64,000 bases of DNA from a virus. Its lineage: Duplodnaviria > Caudoviricetes. The notes beneath the pieces were generated by a model. The model was not told the DNA's origin, did not search any database, and was given only the letters and a program-made list of their open reading frames with translations. The stretch is taken from positions 256,001 through 320,000 of the IMG/VR virus record IMGVR_UViG_3300028591_000070. The stretch is one strand, 5' to 3'. Shown here in pieces: positions 57,997 through 64,000 of the stretch. How positions within the stretch are numbered: position 1 is the stretch's first letter; the number at the start of each line of letters is the position of its first letter. The translations under genes were made by a program, and so were the position numbers.

Positions 57997-58545
57997 TTAT
58001 TTTACAAAAATTTGTTGTGATTTAAGTACATTCATTGCAGATTTTTGACCTTCTTCAGAGAGGTCAGCACAACAAGAGCTATCAACTATTATTGGCATTT
58101 CTGGAAAAAATGACTTAAGTAAAGTGGCGTTACTACAAACACAGATTGATGAAACTGTTCCAATAATTTCAATCTCTTCAGGGAAGTCACCAGGCTGATT
58201 ATTTTCATCATTGAAAAGTTCGTTAAATTTAGCTTTCCAGTCTTTATAGCCAAATGTAGGCTTGTCAACAATAAATGCATTTTTTGCAAATTCCTGAAGT
58301 TCTGGAACGATTTCCCAACCTTTTGTACCTTCAATGCAGTGTTCAACTGGAAGATTTTTTCCTTCCTGTGTTTCAAGATAATTTTTTTGATGTGTATCGC
58401 GAGTAAAAATAAGATATGTGTAGTCTTTAGCTTTAAGCTTTTCTACAATATTTGGAATGATTTTTTCTGCGGCAGGATTTGCCAAAGAACCAGTTACGAA
58501 GTCGTTTTGCATATCAACGACAATAAGAAGTTTGTTTTTCTTCAT
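57997..58545 (-). CDS. pncA: nicotinamidase (isochorismatase family cysteine hydrolase)
   Basis: VVDMQNDF, DTH, PVEHC..GT.G, DK.TFG, ICV..N; located in NAD cluster. Confidence 0.88.
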   Translation of the reverse strand: MKKNKLLIVVDMQNDFVTGSLANPAAEKIIPNIVEKLKAKDYTYLIFTRDTHQKNYLETQEGKNLPVEHCIEGTKGWEIVPELQEFAKNAFIVDKPTFGYKDWKAKFNELFNDENNQPGDFPEEIEIIGTVSSICVCSNATLLKSFFPEMPIIVDSSCCADLSEEGQKSAMNVLKSQQIFVK

Positions 58546-58553
58546 GTTTTCTT

Positions 58554-58657
58554 TTCTCCTATATAAATCGAAAATAGTTTAGTTTACTAAGAGAAGATCC
58601 GACCAACTTTTCTTATGGCTAATCTTCTCATTCAACTAGGTATATAATTATATTAAC
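58554..58657 (-). promoter_or_regulatory. class II promoter plus structured 5' leader (candidate riboswitch-like motif), copy B
   Basis: GTTAATATAATT; stem GAGAAGATT/GATCTTCTC enclosing GCCA-TAAGAAAAGT-TGGT; tail TTCGATTTATATAGGAGA. Confidence 0.6.
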
Positions 58658-58660
58658 ATA

Positions 58661-58702
58661 TATCCCTATAAAGAATATACATTAATATTTAAATTAGTTC
58701 AT
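58661..58702 (-). promoter_or_regulatory. class I promoter upstream of pncA
   Basis: ATGAAC-17-TATATT-CTTTATAGG. Confidence 0.6.
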
Positions 58703-59416
58703 TTGAAAATACTCATTAGCTTTCATACCAGGCCAATAAGCTCTTTCATCTTCTCTATCACTATTTTTAAGTTTTTCAAAATGTTCGTCCATTTTAGTAA
58801 AGACATTCTGAAGAATTTCTAATTTGTTAAACTTTGTAAGAGCATTAATAAATGTTTTATAGTATTCTTCATAGATGCGTTCATGCTGACCTTCACCATA
58901 ATCAAGGTCGATATAAGTATCTTTGAATAAATGATTTTCTACGACATAATGATATGTAGCTGCAACAAGATTTTTAATATCAATCCATTCATTTCTAGAT
59001 GAACCTACGAAAAGTTGATAAACTTCAGACTCTGGAGGATTTTCGAATTCTGAATATATTTCACTTATTTCAGCGTCTTCATCGTCAATGCTGTCATAAT
59101 ATAAATGACCTTCATAATCTGGAGCACCAACATATTTATGAGTACCTTTATGACCTATCCATTTAAGGCCAAAAGTATCAGTAAACTCATACTCATGTAA
59201 TCCAAACTGTTCAGCATCTCTTTCTAGAGAATAAAAATCTGGTGGATTAAGGTCATTGTTTTTATAAATACTATCAGACCTACGAGCTCTAGTGGCCATA
59301 TAAATTTTGTTCCATTCTGTTTGCTCTTCTACAGAACCAGTATATGGTCGCCATTCCCATTTTTCTGGAAAATACTTTACATAATTGTTATAATATCTTC
59401 TAACTTCTCTGCTCAT
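58694..59416 (-). CDS. hypothetical protein
   Basis: 240 aa ORF. Confidence 0.7.
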   Translation of the reverse strand: MSREVRRYYNNYVKYFPEKWEWRPYTGSVEEQTEWNKIYMATRARRSDSIYKNNDLNPPDFYSLERDAEQFGLHEYEFTDTFGLKWIGHKGTHKYVGAPDYEGHLYYDSIDDEDAEISEIYSEFENPPESEVYQLFVGSSRNEWIDIKNLVAATYHYVVENHLFKDTYIDLDYGEGQHERIYEEYYKTFINALTKFNKLEILQNVFTKMDEHFEKLKNSDREDERAYWPGMKANEYFQMN

Positions 59417-59895
59417 TACTTATCCTTCAATTCACAAGCATCTAATACCATCTTACAAGTATTCTCAAAAGCTTTATACAACACATCTTTATCAATCTCA
59501 ATCGGGCTTTTAAGGCCACCACTACGTGCTAAAGCTGCTGCTGTACAATCAGCGATCATTTCTAAAACATCAACTAGATCAACATCTTCTGGACAATGAT
59601 CTTTAATATGGTGTCTCTCATCTTTAATATGGTTTTTATACCAATCCATTTCTGTAAACTTTTTATTGTTTTTTCTGGCATCTGTAAACTCTTCATAAAA
59701 CTGTTTTTCTCTTTCTTTTTTAGTCCAGTCATGAGTTTTACCAGTGTCTTGGATCATTTTTGCCAAAGAGTTCATAATATTAGAAACATCTTTGATATGC
59801 ATGTCATTTGCTTTCTGAAATTCTTCAAAAGAAACATCACCTTTTGCAGTGCGAGTATCTCCATTTGGAGACTTTATAATTGTTACCTTATTCAT
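59416..59895 (-). CDS. DUF5662-like HD-type protein
   Basis: HDWTK, H...ERHH, DLVDVLEMIADC; class II motif 59901-59909. Confidence 0.75.
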   Translation of the reverse strand: MNKVTIIKSPNGDTRTAKGDVSFEEFQKANDMHIKDVSNIMNSLAKMIQDTGKTHDWTKKEREKQFYEEFTDARKNNKKFTEMDWYKNHIKDERHHIKDHCPEDVDLVDVLEMIADCTAAALARSGGLKSPIEIDKDVLYKAFENTCKMVLDACELKDK

Positions 59896-59899
59896 AAAG

Positions 59900-60598
59900 T
59901 TATATTAACTTACAATTTTTATCGCAATGAGTTTTAGTTATTACAAACTTTTTGTTTTCAAAATCAACATGTCCAATGATATGAGTAATCTTTTTACTAC
60001 AACTAAAAGTAAGAAGTCCTTGGTCGACAAATATATCTACTCCACTTGTAGTATTTAAACATACCGACTTAAATAAAGGTTTTATTCTAAAATGATTTAA
60101 TCGTTCAGTAATTTCTTTTTTAAGAGCTTTATCTTGAATACTTGAGTCTATAAAAAAATTTGTTGAAAATAAACATTTATTAATTATTTCTTCCGTAAGA
60201 AGATTAATATTATCTTTTGTTACTATAAATATTTTACTGTCAAGTGGGTTTTTAATAAGATCTTCTACTGAAAGAATATGCTTAAATGTAAAAACTGGTA
60301 ATTGACCTTCAAAAGGCACATTATTCATAGTAATAGTCACCATCTTATTTTTAGAAAAGTCATTTATACTCTGAATAGTTTCTTTAGAAAAATTTTGTTT
60401 ATCATCTCCTAAAAGAAATTGAACTTCAGAAGTTGAATAATCTCTATTTAGAATATTTAATACTACTTTTAATTTATAATTAAATTCTTCATCTGAAATA
60501 GATTTTTTAGAAACTATCTCTTTATTTAAAAGACAATATTCACAATTATGATGACATTTTGCTGTAGGAAATATAGAAATCTTATTTAGAGTTATCAT
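59900..60598 (-). CDS. radical SAM-like protein
   Basis: N-terminal CHHNCEYC (CxxxCxxC), C-terminal cysteines. Confidence 0.6.
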   Translation of the reverse strand: MITLNKISIFPTAKCHHNCEYCLLNKEIVSKKSISDEEFNYKLKVVLNILNRDYSTSEVQFLLGDDKQNFSKETIQSINDFSKNKMVTITMNNVPFEGQLPVFTFKHILSVEDLIKNPLDSKIFIVTKDNINLLTEEIINKCLFSTNFFIDSSIQDKALKKEITERLNHFRIKPLFKSVCLNTTSGVDIFVDQGLLTFSCSKKITHIIGHVDFENKKFVITKTHCDKNCKLI

Positions 60599-61002
60599 AC
60601 TCTATATGACCACCTTCTTTGATTTGGATGCGCTTTTTTCCAAGCTTTTCGTGCACGCAATTCAGCATAATATGCACAACTTTTCTCATAATCTACTTTA
60701 TTAGCTCTAATTGAATATTCTTCTGGGTCATCGTTTTCCCAACCACCATCCATTTCATAGATTTTTTCCCAATCTTCAATGGAATGCTGCTCATAACCCA
60801 TATCCTTGCACATCCACCAAGGAGCAAGCATAATATTATTATGAGAAGCAAGATATTTTTCAGGAAGACCTTCAGGCTTTCCCAAATGAACTGGCATACA
60901 ATATGATACCGCAAAAAACTTTCCATCTTGATTTTTCCAAGCTTTCTGTGTCTGTGTTTTTCCTCTCAAATAAGGAATTGCACAATATTCTGTTGTTGCC
61001 AT
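60595..61002 (-). CDS. hypothetical protein
   Basis: class I promoter (TTGAAA-17-TATAAT, 61024-61052) and GAGG SD. Confidence 0.75.
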   Translation of the reverse strand: MATTEYCAIPYLRGKTQTQKAWKNQDGKFFAVSYCMPVHLGKPEGLPEKYLASHNNIMLAPWWMCKDMGYEQHSIEDWEKIYEMDGGWENDDPEEYSIRANKVDYEKSCAYYAELRARKAWKKAHPNQRRWSYRV

Positions 61003-61035
61003 ATCTATTACCTCTCATAATAGATTATACTTTAA

Positions 61036-61878
61036 TTAGAGTATTTTTTCAATCTTAAAGTTGACCATATCATTGCTAAATGAAGGTAAAATAGCTTTAG
61101 CTGCTTTTTCTATCCAATAGAGTTCGTGTGTTACATAGTTTTCAAGATGTCCATCAGCATATAAACGAACACCACGAGCAACTCGTTCACCTTTATAGTG
61201 AATCTCATCAAACTCTATTCTGTCAGGCCGTACATCAATATCAACTCGAAGATTATTTATTTTATAGCAAAAACTTGCTCTGTCGCTATAATAACCATCA
61301 TAACCTTTTACATAAGGTGCGTACTTCATAAGAGCTAGTAAAACATCTTTTGATGGATTAGTATGCACAAGAGGTAATACAATTAAAACTGTGGTTAAAA
61401 TAGCCCAAAGTAAAATAGAGAAACATCTTACACCTTTAAAACCAGAGTCTAGCTCCTCATAAACCTGAAGACCTTTATCATCTGTATTTTGGTGTAAATA
61501 AAAACCATCTTTTTCCAAAGCTCTATGATAAATACTTTTATAAGAACCTAATGTAGAAGTTCTAGTTTTTTTATCATAATGATTATGATTAAACTTTATA
61601 CGAATAAACTTATATTGATTACTCAACAGTGGGCCAGCTTGTAGTGTCTGCTCGCCATTTTCATCATATAAACACCAAACATCACTTGAGTGTTTTCCAC
61701 AAGAACCCTTATCATCAACAGTGTATACTCTACCATCAATATCTGTAGCAAAAATAACGCCTTTCATGTGAGTACTTGCAGAATAAATAATAGATAAAAC
61801 CATTGTTGCAACAATAACAACCCATGTTATTGTCCAATAAGCAACTTTACCACCTGTAGTCTTTAAAGTCATTTGCAC
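61036..61878 (-). CDS. two-TM membrane protein
   Basis: TM-extracellular-TM-cytoplasmic layout. Confidence 0.7.
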   Translation of the reverse strand: MQMTLKTTGGKVAYWTITWVVIVATMVLSIIYSASTHMKGVIFATDIDGRVYTVDDKGSCGKHSSDVWCLYDENGEQTLQAGPLLSNQYKFIRIKFNHNHYDKKTRTSTLGSYKSIYHRALEKDGFYLHQNTDDKGLQVYEELDSGFKGVRCFSILLWAILTTVLIVLPLVHTNPSKDVLLALMKYAPYVKGYDGYYSDRASFCYKINNLRVDIDVRPDRIEFDEIHYKGERVARGVRLYADGHLENYVTHELYWIEKAAKAILPSFSNDMVNFKIEKIL

Positions 61879-62269
61879 GCTCCTTAGCCATAATATTTTG
61901 ATATTTACGCTCTACTTCTCGAACATATTCTTTTCGAGCTTCTAATTCTTTTTCATTCTTTTCTTTAATATTTGTAGGAAGTAAAAACAAAGTTTTCATA
62001 GCATTAAAGAAAAATACAAGTGGCACTATAGCTAAAAATATTGCATGGCCTATTGGCCAAAATATGAAATACAATACTGTAAATGCCGCCTCATCACCAT
62101 CTTCAAAAACAAACATCTCTTTTACAATGTCATAGTCATATGAAAATGGCTCAAATTTAAATGTAGCTACACGCCATAAGTTTTCATAAAGAGGTAATAA
62201 GAATATTGAAAAGCCTCCAACTATAAGATAACCAAAAACACCAAAAATGATTTTCAAAACTATAGGCAT
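61847..62269 (-). CDS. membrane protein, tandem paralog
   Basis: MPIVLKIIFGVFGYL..FWPI..VFFFN..REYV..VER.Y. Confidence 0.75.
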   Translation of the reverse strand: MPIVLKIIFGVFGYLIVGGFSIFLLPLYENLWRVATFKFEPFSYDYDIVKEMFVFEDGDEAAFTVLYFIFWPIGHAIFLAIVPLVFFFNAMKTLFLLPTNIKEKNEKELEARKEYVREVERKYQNIMAKERANDFKDYRW

Positions 62270-62667
62270 TTTTTACCCTCTCTTTCCATAATTTTCTTAT
62301 ATTCTCGTTCAACTTTTTCGATATACTCTCGTTCAGCCACTCGTTTTTCACTCTTTTTATATGAGATTTCAGAAGGAAGACTGAATAAAAGTTTCATAAC
62401 ATTAAAGAATAATACAATAGGCCAAATTACGAGAGCGATAACAAAAATAATTGGCCAAAAAAGATAATATACAAAACAAACTAAAAAGTCTTCATCATCA
62501 TACCAATCAAAAAGACTAGATACTATGTCAATATCATATTCCCAGCCAGAAAATTCAAGTTTAGCCATTTCCCAAAAATTTATCCAAATAGGAACCAAAA
62601 AAGTTGAAAGACAGCCTGTAAGAAGATAACCGAAAACTCCTAAAATAATTTTCAAAGCTAATGGCAT
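62260..62667 (-). CDS. membrane protein, tandem paralog
   Basis: MPLALKIILGVFGYL..FWPI..VLFFN..REYI..VER.Y. Confidence 0.75.
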   Translation of the reverse strand: MPLALKIILGVFGYLLTGCLSTFLVPIWINFWEMAKLEFSGWEYDIDIVSSLFDWYDDEDFLVCFVYYLFWPIIFVIALVIWPIVLFFNVMKLLFSLPSEISYKKSEKRVAEREYIEKVEREYKKIMEREGKKCL

Positions 62668-62670
62668 ATT

Positions 62671-62985
62671 CTACTCCTTCATAATTAGGGCTACTTTTTC
62701 ATTTACAGAAGCAATGTATCTCTTCTTTTTACCAAAGATATATTTAACCAGTGTAGGTAAATCTATTATAAAAAATGCAAATAGGAAAAAGATAAATATA
62801 GGCCATAAAAGGAATATAAGTGCTGGATGTGGGTTATCATTACCCTTATAAGTATAGTCCCACATTTCTTTGTAAGTGCCTGATTTTAAACGACTGTCTA
62901 ACATCCACACAATAGGTGGACAAATTAACATTGTAAAAAGAGCACATCCTAAATAACCTAAAATCCAATATAATGGTACAAGCAT
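62671..62985 (-). CDS. membrane protein, distant paralog
   Basis: ILGYL..LLWPI. Confidence 0.7.
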   Translation of the reverse strand: MLVPLYWILGYLGCALFTMLICPPIVWMLDSRLKSGTYKEMWDYTYKGNDNPHPALIFLLWPIFIFFLFAFFIIDLPTLVKYIFGKKKRYIASVNEKVALIMKE

Positions 62986-63004
62986 AATAATTTCCTAAAA
63001 ATAA

Positions 63005-63024
63005 GAGGGGCTTTGTAGCCCCTC
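63005..63024 (-). terminator. hairpin/terminator after pspA-like gene
   Basis: GAGGGGCT-loop-AGCCCCTC followed by T-rich tract on - strand. Confidence 0.7.
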
Positions 63025-63029
63025 ATAAA

Positions 63030-63635
63030 TTAAAGCTCTGAGTAAATCTTATCTACTTCGTCAGAAGTGATTTCAGGTTCATCAGCAGTCTTTGTTGAAG
63101 CTACAGTTTCTTCAACTTCGGCGCGAGCATCAACATCAATTTCAACACCACGAATGAGTTTCGAAATGTCTTCGAAATCAATTGTTGCTACATTTACACC
63201 AGTAATTGAAGCCTTTGTTTTAATGAGTTCGGCCTGAGCAGCAAGAACTTCTTTCTTTGCGTCAATCTTGATAAGGATATTTTTGTTGTCATCTACACGC
63301 TTTGTGATTTCCTTGTATGTTTTTTCAAGTTCATCTACAGCCTGCTGATATGACAGCATAACCATTACCTTAGATTTTGCAAGGGATTCTTTTCCTTCTG
63401 CCTTCAAAGTAGAAGCTTCTTTCTTTGTCGACTTAACTTTCTTCTGGAAGTCTTCAAGACTGTCCTTAAGTGAGTTACGGCGAGCAACAAGGTCAATAAG
63501 ATTTTCTTTGTACTGGAATGCTCTTTTATCGAGCTCCTTCAAAGCATAATCAAGTTTGTCCTCAACAGAAAGCTTCTTGCTAAGAAAAACGTCCAAACTG
63601 TTCTTTTTAATTTTCAAAAAACTAAAAATTCCCAT
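63030..63635 (-). CDS. PspA/IM30 family coiled-coil protein
   Basis: MGIFS..K start (ATG 63635, GGAGG SD), A...K.EGKESLAK, A.AE, C-terminal EVDKIYSEL. Confidence 0.7.
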   Translation of the reverse strand: MGIFSFLKIKKNSLDVFLSKKLSVEDKLDYALKELDKRAFQYKENLIDLVARRNSLKDSLEDFQKKVKSTKKEASTLKAEGKESLAKSKVMVMLSYQQAVDELEKTYKEITKRVDDNKNILIKIDAKKEVLAAQAELIKTKASITGVNVATIDFEDISKLIRGVEIDVDARAEVEETVASTKTADEPEITSDEVDKIYSEL

Positions 63636-63653
63636 TAAAATCCTCCAAATATC

Positions 63654-63700
63654 TATTAAATAGAATATACTATTAATAATAACATTTTTCAAAAACTAAT
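63654..63700. promoter_or_regulatory. divergent class I (-) and class III (+) promoters
   Basis: TTGAAA-17-TATATT on -; ACTAAT 63695-63700, 6 nt before ATG 63707. Confidence 0.65.
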
Positions 63701-63706
63701 TAAAAT

Positions 63707-64000
63707 ATGAAAGGTTTTGATAATGACGAGAGATACTCACATTCTCCAGAAAAAATGAATATTGCCACATTGCATGATTTATTTTTAGATAATTATGCAG
63801 TCGCAGAATATTTGTGGAAACATAAAGATTTTTTAAATATTTCAAGTTGTAATAATTTAGAAGAGGCTGCGGAGCTGGGAGAAACTATGGGTTATGAAGA
63901 TGGTTTTTTACCTAGAGCTTTAGATGCAATTGATTCAGCTACAGACAGAATTTTTGACCTAACAAGCTTAGTAAATCCAAATGAAGAAATAACTTTATAT
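63707..64000 (+). CDS. hypothetical protein (partial)
   Basis: MKGFDNDERYSHS... open to window end. Confidence 0.65.
   Translation, partial: MKGFDNDERYSHSPEKMNIATLHDLFLDNYAVAEYLWKHKDFLNISSCNNLEEAAELGETMGYEDGFLPRALDAIDSATDRIFDLTSLVNPNEEITLY

Noticed and set aside
56808-58657. Known NAD+-I (nadA) or NAD+-II (pnuC) riboswitch
   Set aside because: I could not match their conserved nucleotides by eye, so the leaders are reported as an unassigned motif pending Rfam search.
1-64000. Stop-codon reassignment (code 15 or 4), as in some gut jumbo phages
   Set aside because: Conserved genes (nrdD, recA, nadE, protease) are full length in code 11, TAG and TGA end genes at expected positions, and coding density is already high.
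1-64000. tRNA/tmRNA genes suggested by the Thg1-like gene
   Set aside because: No cloverleaf with a T-loop GTTCRA and acceptor stem was found in the few intergenic gaps.

Overview
This is a 64 kb segment of a large, AT-rich, lytic-type myovirus (jumbo/huge phage) read in standard code 11. The host is probably an anaerobe, inferred from nrdD/nrdG and thyX. Genes are densely packed, mostly + strand from 14-39 kb and - strand from 39-63.7 kb, with structural genes (gp6-like baseplate wedge, gp21-like prohead protease/scaffold fusion) scattered among metabolic ones. Recognisable genes include RecA/UvsX, an Mre11/SbcD nuclease, NrdD/NrdG, ThyX, dCMP deaminase, Thg1-like, CYTH, two SLOG proteins, a MoxR ATPase plus HExxH/VWA partner, PspA and an R-S-E ADP-ribosyltransferase-like protein. 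The most notable observations are: (1) an NAD+ cluster (pncA, Prs-like, Nampt-like with the specificity Asp replaced by Ser, nadE, NADAR, and no NMNAT in the window) that reads as a deamidated variant of the anti-defence NARP1 pathway; (2) two leaders in that cluster sharing an unrecognised structured-RNA motif; (3) four consecutive proteins ending in V[IV]TW-COOH next to a divergent PurA-like ligase; (4) a eukaryote/thaumarchaeal-type topoisomerase IB split into two separately promoted genes inside the catalytic core; (5) a 46-bp identical hairpin element repeated 24 kb apart; (6) three promoter classes, two of them apparently producing leaderless mRNAs. No tRNA, rRNA, CRISPR array or transposase was seen. 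All family calls come from reading motifs by eye, not from database searches.
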